The position numbers and the translations under genes were made by a program. A stretch of DNA of 64,000 nucleotides, from the NCBI GenBank assembly GCA_030599585.1, contig JAUVNS010000004.1:160001-224000 (forward strand). Reading direction: 5' to 3'. The notes under the pieces are model-generated. The model saw only the letters and a list, made by a program, of their open reading frames with translations. It made no database searches and was not told where the DNA came from. Below are positions 1 to 8,729 of the stretch, piece after piece. Source of the stretch: Promethearchaeota archaeon (GTDB lineage Archaea; Asgardarchaeota; Lokiarchaeia; Sigyniarchaeales; SOKP01). Each line of letters opens with the position of its first letter. Position 1 is the stretch's first letter.

Positions 1-263
1 GTTTTTATCTTGCTTCAGTAGATCCGATTTCAAGAGCATATATCGCAGATTTAGCAGGTAAAGAAAAAAGGGGACGTGCCTATGGATACTATTATTTTTC
101 GGTCGGATTTATAAGCATGGTGGAAGCCTTAGTTTTTGGATATATCTATAGTGTGTTTTCGTATACTTGGGCGTTTATTTATATATCAATCTTATTGGCT
201 GTATGTATTATTATTTTTGCGATTACTGACTTTTCTAAAATAATAAAAAAAGCTGAAAAATAA
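1..263 (+). CDS. MFS transporter, C-terminal part (5' truncated by window)
   Basis: Frame from base 3 reads FYLASVDPISRAYIADLAGKEKRGRAYG...KKAEK* (MFS loop motif plus two TM helices); stop TAA 261-263. Confidence 0.8.
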   Translation, partial: FYLASVDPISRAYIADLAGKEKRGRAYGYYYFSVGFISMVEALVFGYIYSVFSYTWAFIYISILLAVCIIIFAITDFSKIIKKAEK

Positions 264-288
264 ACTTAATTTTTCTCTTAAATTGTAT

Positions 289-1545
289 TTAGGCAGATAT
301 CCATAATTCTGCTAAATAGATTAAAACTTCTGAAGCTTTCTGCAATGCAAGCGTTGGAATATGTTCTTTCCTTGAGTGAAAAAGTAATCCTCCAGAGAAA
401 ATATTAGGGGTGGGTATCCCCATTTCGCTTAATTTAGAACCATCTGTCCCTCCCCGAATCGCATGAATTTTAATATCCAGTCCAGCCATCTCTATCGCCT
501 TCTTTCCCAAATCCACAACTTGTTGTTTATTTTCAATAAAACGAAGCATGTTCTTGTATTGATGTAGAAATTCTATGTTAACCTTTAAACCAGAATATCG
601 ATGTTCGTACAGCTCTCCTAATTTTCTTAGGTATTCCATTCTCTTTTGATTATTTTTTTCCTTGTAATCCCTAATTATTAGTATCGCATTTGCTTCTTCT
701 ACATTCCCTTTTAATTCAGATAAATAATAAAAACCTTCTCTTTCTTCTGTGTGTTCTGGTGACTCATAATCAGGTATGTCACTGAGATATCGACTTGCTA
801 TGTGAATTGCATTAATTAGAAGGTTTTTGGCGTAGCCAGGATGTACACTAAGTCCCGTAAATTTTATTTTTGCTTTCCACGCATCAAAGCATTCAAATTC
901 TAATTCTCCCATTTCTGAGCCATCTAATGTATAACAGAAATCAGGTAACCTTTCTTTGTTTATTTTCAAAGTTCCTCTCCCAATTTCTTCATCAGGCGTA
1001 AAACATATTATAATAGGACCGTGTTTTAATTCCGAAAATTTATTCCAAGCCGCACAAGTAGCCATAATTTCTGCGATTCCAGCTTTATCATCCGCGCCTA
1101 GCAAAGTATCTCCTTCAGATGTAACTATATCCAACCCAATATACCCCGTTAATTTTGGAGAATCTTCCGTTGTGAGCTTAATATCTGGATTACTTGCAAA
1201 TTCTATTGCACTACCGTCATAATTTTTGTGAATGACAGGTTTTACATTTTTCCCGCTAACTGCTGGTGATGTATCCATATGAGCTATATAACCAATTGGT
1301 TTAACCTCTTCCAAGCCAACACTTGCATGTAAATTACCGTACACATAACCATACTCATCGTGTACTACATTTTTTAAGTTCAAATCCACTAATTCTGATG
1401 CTAAAATTTTTCCTAATGCTAATTGATTTTGCGTTGATGGGTTTGAGTTTGAATGCTCATCTGATGTAGTCCATACTTGAACATACCTAAGAAACCTATT
1501 TAATGCTTCTTTGTGTAAAAATTCTTTTATTTCTTCAGATAACAT
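289..1545 (-). CDS. pepT: Peptidase T (M20B tripeptidase)
   Basis: AHMDTSP, LLGADDKAG, PDEEIGRG, HPGYAK, IRGGTDG, FHS motifs. Confidence 0.95.
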   Translation of the reverse strand: MLSEEIKEFLHKEALNRFLRYVQVWTTSDEHSNSNPSTQNQLALGKILASELVDLNLKNVVHDEYGYVYGNLHASVGLEEVKPIGYIAHMDTSPAVSGKNVKPVIHKNYDGSAIEFASNPDIKLTTEDSPKLTGYIGLDIVTSEGDTLLGADDKAGIAEIMATCAAWNKFSELKHGPIIICFTPDEEIGRGTLKINKERLPDFCYTLDGSEMGELEFECFDAWKAKIKFTGLSVHPGYAKNLLINAIHIASRYLSDIPDYESPEHTEEREGFYYLSELKGNVEEANAILIIRDYKEKNNQKRMEYLRKLGELYEHRYSGLKVNIEFLHQYKNMLRFIENKQQVVDLGKKAIEMAGLDIKIHAIRGGTDGSKLSEMGIPTPNIFSGGLLFHSRKEHIPTLALQKASEVLIYLAELWISA

Positions 1546-1610
1546 ATTAATCCCGTCTTATATAGTAATAATACCTTTTAGAATTATTTTTAATATTATA
1601 ACTTATTTAT

Positions 1611-2408
1611 TCATTTTCCCTTAAATTTCGGCTCTCTTTTCTGTTTAAATGACTTCATACCTTCACCAAAATCGTACGAAGCAATGTTTTTACAATACAA
1701 CCTAAACTCGTGGTTCAAAGAAGAAGGTAGTTCGTTATACTGAGAAAAATTCAGCATATTTTTATTGTAACCTAAACATTTAGTAGGCAGGCTTGTTATT
1801 GATTGTATAAATTCTCTAGATTTTGCCCTAAATTCTGAAAAGGGATAAACTCTGTTGACTAAGCCAATTTTTTCTGCTTCAAATGCATCGAGTTGGCGTC
1901 CGGTTAAAATTATTTCTGTTGCTCGAGCGAAACCTATTAACCTAGGGAGTAACCAACTTGCTCCGCTCATTACGCAATGAGCCCGTTTAACTCTTTGATC
2001 TCCAATTTTCAAATTATCTGCCGCTATGCGGAAATCACAAGATAAAGCCAATTCAAACCCTGCCCCAAGACAATAACCTTTTAATAGTGCGATAACTGGT
2101 TTTTGAACTTCTCTAATTAATTGAATTACTCTGTGATGTGGGAGTTTTGAACCGTCATCTAAAGGTTTAAACTTCACCCCTTCAGGACCCATACTCTTCA
2201 AATCGTCCCCAGAACTAAAAGATTGATTATTACCCTCAATAACAAAAGCACGAATCAATTTATTCTTAAAATTTGCTTCCAATATATCTATAACTTCCAT
2301 CATTAACGGATAATTTAAAGCATTTAGTCGTTTTGGGCGATTTAAAGTTATAGTACCAATTCCTTCCTCGATTTTAAAAATGACATTTTCAAATTCTTGT
2401 TGTCCCAT
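1611..2408 (-). CDS. Enoyl-CoA hydratase/isomerase family protein
   Basis: LNRPKRLNAL, FSSGDDL, GAGFELALSCDFRIA, C-terminal KREPKFKG. Confidence 0.92.
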   Translation of the reverse strand: MGQQEFENVIFKIEEGIGTITLNRPKRLNALNYPLMMEVIDILEANFKNKLIRAFVIEGNNQSFSSGDDLKSMGPEGVKFKPLDDGSKLPHHRVIQLIREVQKPVIALLKGYCLGAGFELALSCDFRIAADNLKIGDQRVKRAHCVMSGASWLLPRLIGFARATEIILTGRQLDAFEAEKIGLVNRVYPFSEFRAKSREFIQSITSLPTKCLGYNKNMLNFSQYNELPSSLNHEFRLYCKNIASYDFGEGMKSFKQKREPKFKGK

Positions 2409-2553
2409 AATTACTACATCTTTGAAAACAGTTTCAAACTAATTTATGTTTAAAATAATTTGTATTTTATAACTATAAATATCATTCCATCTGCTTAAAA
2501 ATCTTAAAACCTCAATAATCTTAAAAAAAAAAGAAGGAACTTAGTATAATTGG

Positions 2554-3156
2554 TTACCAAATTTCAAATACAGCGTCTAACTTAGTCACAAAAACGATTA
2601 AATAAGGAATTAATAGGTCCCAAACGCTAGTTAGAGCATTTAGGAGGATTACCATTACTATCCAGTATTCTAAACCCGAAGCACCATAAAAACTTAGGAA
2701 GACCCATATATTGAGAATAAGCATTACGCCTATCCTAAAACCTGTACCAAACAAACCATAAATGACGTAATTCTTAACTTTTTTCAATGATTGGCTTTTT
2801 CGAATGCCCTCTTTACGTTTAGTTAAACTAAGTAGTAAAATGGGAATTATTATTAACGAAAATGTAGCTGAAAATTTCATTAATGGTCCAATTGGAGCAA
2901 ATGGATCAAAGGGCATTAGAATTACTGACCCTATTCCGCAACATAATACTCCAGCTAAGGGGCCAAATATTAGGAAACATGTTACCCAGACGATTGATAC
3001 GGGGTCAAAGTAAGCAAATCCTTCTGGAGTTCGTGGTAAGTATGGAACGACAAAAAGCGACAATATTAGGGAAAGAGCGCTGAATAATGCTGCTCCTGAA
3101 ATTTGTAAAACGAATTGAGACGATTTTGACATATGAGATTCTTTTTCTTCTGACAT
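2554..3156 (-). CDS. ECF transporter S-component-like membrane protein
   Basis: About 5-6 TM helices; AALFSALSLIL...YFDP...FGPLAG pattern typical of RibU-like S components. Confidence 0.65.
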   Translation of the reverse strand: MSEEKESHMSKSSQFVLQISGAALFSALSLILSLFVVPYLPRTPEGFAYFDPVSIVWVTCFLIFGPLAGVLCCGIGSVILMPFDPFAPIGPLMKFSATFSLIIIPILLLSLTKRKEGIRKSQSLKKVKNYVIYGLFGTGFRIGVMLILNIWVFLSFYGASGLEYWIVMVILLNALTSVWDLLIPYLIVFVTKLDAVFEIW

Positions 3157-3421
3157 CTGCTTGCTTGTTTATTATTAATTCAAATAGTTATTATTGAAAA
3201 AGTAAATATAAAATTAAATTTAAACAAATGGTTAAATGTCTTTCTTCTTATCGTGAGATTCACTTCCAAATTGGAATAAAACTAACTCGTTCTCCAAGAA
3301 ATATGAATTTTAATTCTTGGAATTATATGATTACTTTAGTATCCTTAATATAATGAGTTAATAATTCCATTTACTTATAGTATAGATCTACTCACAAATG
3401 GAGAGTACCCAATTATCAATT

Positions 3422-4792
3422 TTATTTCAATAGTTTTTTCTCGTTCGCATCAAATTCAAACCAATCGCTTAATTCCTTCAGTTGTTTTCTTGAAGTTCCG
3501 CTTAATGTTTTTAGAAAAGGAATAAAATCTTGAACAGCTTCAATATCTGATACTTTGTACTTTTTTTGAATTTTTTCTACTACTAACCTTTCGGTTGCTG
3601 ATAATGAAAAAAAACCAGTTGAAGTGAATCTTGGAAACGAAATTCTATGGAAGTATTCATCTTGAGTTTTATGTTTTCTAGATAGAACAACACCTCCAGC
3701 AAAAAGATCGTAGAAATATGGTAATAACGACCAATATTGATTCTTGCGGATTCTTCCAAAAATCTCGTCAGCCAACGATAAATTTTCATAAGCGTTTGCG
3801 ATTTCACTGTTTATTCTTATATAAGAAGTTAGGTTTTCGTTAACCCACTTATACAAAAAATTGTAATCTACATCTGATTTATTGGTTACATTTCGAGCTT
3901 CCTTTAATGTATTTACATTTTGAAACAAGTTCTTGATCAGAGAAAAGATTTCTTCCGTACTATCTCTGTTCAAATTTAAAATTAGCTCTTTATTGTTTTT
4001 ATTTAAGGAGCCTTGGCTAATTCCTTGTAAATCGTTAATAACCCCTCGTAAGTCTCCTCTGTTTTTTTTGATAATTAATTCTAATTCTTTTTCGCTTATA
4101 CCCGAAATATGTTCTTTGACGATTATCTTTCGGGTAATCTTCATTACTTCCTCATCCGATAATAAATTTACTTCATATCTTCTTATTTTTTTGTAAAGCG
4201 ATTGAAGATTTTGTTTGTATTTATTGGAACACATTATAATTGGAAATTGAGTGTTTTCAATTAGGTTTAATATCGTAGGGACGGCTCCTCTATCAGTAAC
4301 TCCATATAATCCATCAATTTCGTCAATTAAAATTAATTTCTTCTTGCTTTGAACCACAAAATCCATAATTCCACGAGATTTAGTGGTTTCTCTCAATTTA
4401 GCCTCTAAAGCTCCTTTAGTTCGAGTATCTGAAGCGTTCGTTTCTATTACATCCATATTTAAATCGTTAGCCAAAGCATACGCTATAGTTGTTTTACCAA
4501 TTCCTGGAGGCCCCTCAAGTAAAACTGCGGCTTTATCAAGAGGCAGCTTCTTCTCGTCTTTATGCTCTTTCTCTTCGTGGGTTCGATTGTGTGTTCTAAT
4601 TTGTCGGTTTATCTCATTAATTTTTTCTTTTTCTTTAAAAAATGAGATCACAAATTTTCTTAAATCCTCAATTAGATCGACTTTCTGACGACCCACTTTT
4701 GCCGTTGGAAATGCCATATCTTTGGTGAATTTGGGCCTGTATTTTTCTACCCATGGTATTTTCTCTGTATTTTTTGTATCCATATAACTCAC
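3422..4792 (-). CDS. rfcL: Replication factor C large subunit (true start probably ATG at 4783)
   Basis: PWVEKYRP, GPPGIGKT, ETNASD, IDEIDG, GDLRGVINDLQ, LSLADEIFGRI..QYWSL. Confidence 0.92.
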   Translation of the reverse strand: MSYMDTKNTEKIPWVEKYRPKFTKDMAFPTAKVGRQKVDLIEDLRKFVISFFKEKEKINEINRQIRTHNRTHEEKEHKDEKKLPLDKAAVLLEGPPGIGKTTIAYALANDLNMDVIETNASDTRTKGALEAKLRETTKSRGIMDFVVQSKKKLILIDEIDGLYGVTDRGAVPTILNLIENTQFPIIMCSNKYKQNLQSLYKKIRRYEVNLLSDEEVMKITRKIIVKEHISGISEKELELIIKKNRGDLRGVINDLQGISQGSLNKNNKELILNLNRDSTEEIFSLIKNLFQNVNTLKEARNVTNKSDVDYNFLYKWVNENLTSYIRINSEIANAYENLSLADEIFGRIRKNQYWSLLPYFYDLFAGGVVLSRKHKTQDEYFHRISFPRFTSTGFFSLSATERLVVEKIQKKYKVSDIEAVQDFIPFLKTLSGTSRKQLKELSDWFEFDANEKKLLK

Positions 4793-5839
4793 CTATATTA
4801 CTTCTGAAAATTGACAGATTTTTGCCAACAAATGTGAAATCTGAATGTCAGTATCCCTCCCGTCAATAGCTCTAAAATCTGCCTCAGCTATAAAATTTAT
4901 CAATTTGATTCTTGAGTACGTGCTAAATGGTAGTTTCGCTACCTCAGTTAACATTATTTGAAACATTTCCTGTGAAGAAAATTTATAACTGGATTGAATT
5001 TTACGCGATAATTCTCTAGCTTTGCGAAAATCTCCTTTAAAACACATTATTAGAAGACTTTTTATCATATCATTTTTAGGATTTGACAAATTCTCATACA
5101 ATTTGTCAGCATTAATATCATTTCCACTGATGGAACAAATTTGTAATAAATCTATAGCATTTGATAATTTGCCTGCTGTTATTTTATAAAGAGTTCTAAT
5201 TGTTTCTTTATCGATTTTTAACATTTCTTTCTCGGCTATAGTTGATATTAGTTCCTCAAACGAATGGAAGTCAACTTGAGATATAAAGAAAATTTGACAT
5301 CTACTCATTATAGGATCTATTATCTTTGACACCCTCGTTGTGGTCAAAATCATTCTACAATTCGTTCCATAAATTTCCATTAATCTACGAAATGCTTGCT
5401 GATTCGAACCTAATGAGTCGAAATCTTTTACGATTAAAATTTTGAAGGGGACATCACCTAAAACTTTTAACTGTATGAAAGGTTTAATCTTAATCCGAAT
5501 TAAAGCTGGAGTCGTAATTTTTTTCCCTGCAATGCTTCCTATTTTGCTTTTGGACACATATGCTTCAGATCGAGCCCGTTTCGTCTCTTCGCTTGTTAAA
5601 GGAACATTAGCGTATACTATTTTTGAATTAGCGTCGTAAAATCTCCCCAAGAATTCTTTCGAAAACAAATCTGCTATAATGGTCTTACCAATACCCTTTG
5701 AACCTACAAATAGTAAGTGAGGAAAATTCCTATCGTTAGCAAACTCCTTTAACCTTTCCTTGACGTCTTTTTGTCCACAAATCTCGTTTAAGGTTTTAGG
5801 TAGATATTTTATACGCCAGACAGGACTTTCTGAAAGCAA
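4793..5839 (-). CDS. Second RFC small subunit, degenerate Walker B
   Basis: WRIKYLP, GSKGIGKT, QQAFRRLME, IIDPIMSRC; Walker B reads VKDFDS instead of DEAD. Confidence 0.85.
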   Translation of the reverse strand: MLSESPVWRIKYLPKTLNEICGQKDVKERLKEFANDRNFPHLLFVGSKGIGKTIIADLFSKEFLGRFYDANSKIVYANVPLTSEETKRARSEAYVSKSKIGSIAGKKITTPALIRIKIKPFIQLKVLGDVPFKILIVKDFDSLGSNQQAFRRLMEIYGTNCRMILTTTRVSKIIDPIMSRCQIFFISQVDFHSFEELISTIAEKEMLKIDKETIRTLYKITAGKLSNAIDLLQICSISGNDINADKLYENLSNPKNDMIKSLLIMCFKGDFRKARELSRKIQSSYKFSSQEMFQIMLTEVAKLPFSTYSRIKLINFIAEADFRAIDGRDTDIQISHLLAKICQFSEVI

Positions 5840-5861
5840 ACTCTTCTCATCCTCGTTTAAA

Positions 5862-6860
5862 CTATTTTTTTTTTTTGATACTACTTTTTATCAGATGACC
5901 TATCAACGACATTAATTGGATTCTTTCATCTGCTCCCTGACTTATTCTATAGTCAACATCTCCAAAGTACGATAATGTCTTATTTAGATGTCCTGGTTTA
6001 ATATCAAGTTCATTTAATCTTCCAACTATTTGTCTTAAAAAATTCCTCGCATCCAAGTTTTCAACTGTTTCTAGCGTGTCTCTCGAACTAATCAGGTTTT
6101 TAGATTTAATGTTTTTCAATAATTCGTTTAAAGTTGAATTGTCTAAAAACCCCGAAACTTTTAATATTTCGTTAGTATCTAGATTTTTTAATAATTTTAA
6201 AGCAACTGACATCTGCAAAGTGTTAATTGCTTTTCGTAAATCGCCACCTGATATAAAAAATAGAGTCTCATAAAAAGCGTTTTCCTGTGTTTGAGGGATG
6301 TTAAGATTCTCTTTTTTTGAGATAAATCTTAAACGTTCTATAACTTTATCCTTAGATAGGTTGGTAAATCTAAATACTGCGCATCTCGATATAATAGGAT
6401 CAATAATTCTATTAATATAATTGCACATTAATATAAATTTAACATTTAAAGATGCTTTCTCAATAATTCGTCGTAATGCTTGCTGAACTTGATTCGGGAT
6501 ATTATCCGCTTCGTCTAAAATAATCAATTTCAATGCGCTTTTCTCAAGGTTCAAATTCTGTGAGACAAAATTTTTTATAACGCTTCGAACATAGTCCATT
6601 CTCACTGTATCTGAAGCATTTAATTCTAAAACATTTGAGAAATAACTTTCCTTTTTGATTACATGTTTTGCAATTATTAAGGCTGTGCTCGTTTTGCCTG
6701 TACCGGCGGGACCTGCAAAAATCATATGGGGCATATTCCCCTTTGACACTAACTCCTTTAAGTTTTCGATAGCAAGATTTTGACTAACAATTTCATCAAA
6801 CGAATTAGGTCTGTATTTTTCAACCCAAGGAATTTCTAAATCGATCAAAACACTACTCAA
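5862..6860 (-). CDS. rfcS: Replication factor C small subunit
   Basis: PWVEKYRP, GPAGTGKT, LELNASD, LDEAD, QQALRR, IISRC, GDLRKAIN. Confidence 0.95.
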   Translation of the reverse strand: MSSVLIDLEIPWVEKYRPNSFDEIVSQNLAIENLKELVSKGNMPHMIFAGPAGTGKTSTALIIAKHVIKKESYFSNVLELNASDTVRMDYVRSVIKNFVSQNLNLEKSALKLIILDEADNIPNQVQQALRRIIEKASLNVKFILMCNYINRIIDPIISRCAVFRFTNLSKDKVIERLRFISKKENLNIPQTQENAFYETLFFISGGDLRKAINTLQMSVALKLLKNLDTNEILKVSGFLDNSTLNELLKNIKSKNLISSRDTLETVENLDARNFLRQIVGRLNELDIKPGHLNKTLSYFGDVDYRISQGADERIQLMSLIGHLIKSSIKKKK

Positions 6861-6876
6861 TCTTCAATTTATGTTT

Positions 6877-7353
6877 TTAATCATCAAGGTTTTCTTTAGA
6901 TATATCGAGTTCTAACACTTCATAGACTCTCTTAAAATTCATCTTTGCGTAAAGATTGGCCGCTTCTTTTGCTTTTTCTTTGATATTTACTTTAATTTTT
7001 TCCACTTTTATCTTTTGTAAGTGTTCAATAGCTTTTTTAACCAGCAATTCACCTATGCCCTGCCCTCGATATTCTTCCATTAGAAATACTTGCTTAATGT
7101 ATCCCTCAGATGTGCCAAATGGGTCAATTCTCAACTCTGCGATTATCATACCGACGACTTCATTGTCTTTATCCTCATCTATCGCTATTAATATCCCGTG
7201 TCGCTGTAACGGGTCATAAATACGTCTTCGAATTCCCCAATCAAATCTTTTCATATCGAACGCATCGCCAAATCTCGATATTAATAATTTCATCAATTTT
7301 TCTAGCGAATCAATCTGATCTGGTGTAGCATTTTCAATTCTGATATTATTCAT
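6877..7353 (-). CDS. GNAT-family N-acetyltransferase
   Basis: Acetyl-CoA motif YRGQGIGELL; ANLYAKMNF. Confidence 0.88.
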   Translation of the reverse strand: MNNIRIENATPDQIDSLEKLMKLLISRFGDAFDMKRFDWGIRRRIYDPLQRHGILIAIDEDKDNEVVGMIIAELRIDPFGTSEGYIKQVFLMEEYRGQGIGELLVKKAIEHLQKIKVEKIKVNIKEKAKEAANLYAKMNFKRVYEVLELDISKENLDD

Positions 7354-7452
7354 ATAAAATCAACTAAAAAAAGTCTAATAATAAATTATAAATTAATTTC
7401 TCAAAATTTATATTTTCTTGATTAACAAATAACAAATTAACTAGTTAAAAAT

Positions 7453-7734
7453 TTAACGAGCTGAGACTCCATCCCATGCTTTGACTTCTGGGTCTTCATA
7501 GCCGCAGACGGCGCATTTCTGATTTACTTCCCACGCTTCTAAAGCGGGATGTACCCGCGTAAAAAGTGATCCACACTGACTACATACAAGATATTTAGCT
7601 CCACAACCATCGCACATTTTTAACTGACCTTTTTCAACGAATCGAAATGTCCTCGACATCCAGTCGTCGTTAACTAATCGAAAAGTCTCTCCACCACATT
7701 GGATACAATGTTTACCATCAAATTCTTCTCCCAT
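7453..7734 (-). CDS. Small double zinc-ribbon protein
   Basis: Four CxxC pairs (CIQC, CDGC, CSQC, CAVC) in 93 aa. Confidence 0.75.
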   Translation of the reverse strand: MGEEFDGKHCIQCGGETFRLVNDDWMSRTFRFVEKGQLKMCDGCGAKYLVCSQCGSLFTRVHPALEAWEVNQKCAVCGYEDPEVKAWDGVSAR

Positions 7735-7875
7735 ATAATCACTTCAAATGTTTTTTAAGAATTTTAACTTCAAATATTTTAAATAATAAATAGACTGAAT
7801 ATTTAAAAAAATAAAGTATTCCACATTTAAAATTGCTTCGAAAATGATTTAAAAAAAAGAAAGGAACCAACAAAT

Positions 7876-8205
7876 TTACATTTCTAATTTTTTAACTGTT
7901 CCCGTTGTAGCCCCTTTGGGATTAATATTTTCTAATTCAACGATTAATTGATAAACTTTATCGTCCTGCAGTGCTTCTCCAAATTTTATCAGCATTTCTT
8001 TTGAACCAACAAATAAACCTTTTCTTTTCATTGGTTTGCCGTCATCTTTTAACGGATTAATTTCAAGAAATAATAATGATGGTCTAGTTTTAGTCGCAGG
8101 GACCTTTACTATAAAAACTCCCGGTATAGGAGCTTCCATTTTTTCCCAATCGTTTGCGTTTTTTAGATGGGCTCTTAGTTGAGCTTCAATATCAGCCATA
8201 TTCAA
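7876..8205 (-). CDS. Hypothetical protein (start probably ATG at 8199)
   Basis: 109-aa ORF with GTGA SD-like element before second Met; divergent from RHH gene. Confidence 0.7.
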   Translation of the reverse strand: MNMADIEAQLRAHLKNANDWEKMEAPIPGVFIVKVPATKTRPSLLFLEINPLKDDGKPMKRKGLFVGSKEMLIKFGEALQDDKVYQLIVELENINPKGATTGTVKKLEM

Positions 8206-8442
8206 TCACACTTCTAATTTATATTTTTATTAATTATTATGTGTTACATATAAGACATAACATATATACTATATGGCATATATAAAGTTTTTGGTAGTGA
8301 AATATTGTAAGACAATCTTAAAAGCAAGCAGACAAAAATCTAAAATGGTATTAAAGTCGTGAATTGATGTCTAATTTTAATTCGTCGGATTACTTGGGGT
8401 TGATTTCCACTAAATGTTTATATATACGGACGTGATACTTAA

Positions 8443-8700
8443 TTGTATAGAAAAAGCAAGAGTTTTTCTAAAATACTCAGATATGTGGTGATTAAAATAA
8501 AATTAATTTCAGTAAATTTACCAGAATCTTATCTTAAGGTCCTTGAGATCCTTGTTGTCGAAGGTAAGTTCCCAAATCGTAGTGAAGCTATTCGAGTCGG
8601 AATTAGGGATTTAATTCGCACAGAATATCTCATAGAAGAATCAGTTAAGCGAAATATGAGTCATAATTTAATTCAACCTGAAATTCAGGAAATAATTTAA
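8443..8700 (+). CDS. Ribbon-helix-helix regulator, CdrS/Arc-MetJ-like (true start likely about 8488-8497)
   Basis: KLISVNLP beta strand followed by GKFPNRSEAIRVGIRDLI. Confidence 0.85.
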   Translation: MYRKSKSFSKILRYVVIKIKLISVNLPESYLKVLEILVVEGKFPNRSEAIRVGIRDLIRTEYLIEESVKRNMSHNLIQPEIQEII

Positions 8701-8729
8701 TCTTCATCTTCTTTTTTTTTATTTTTTAT

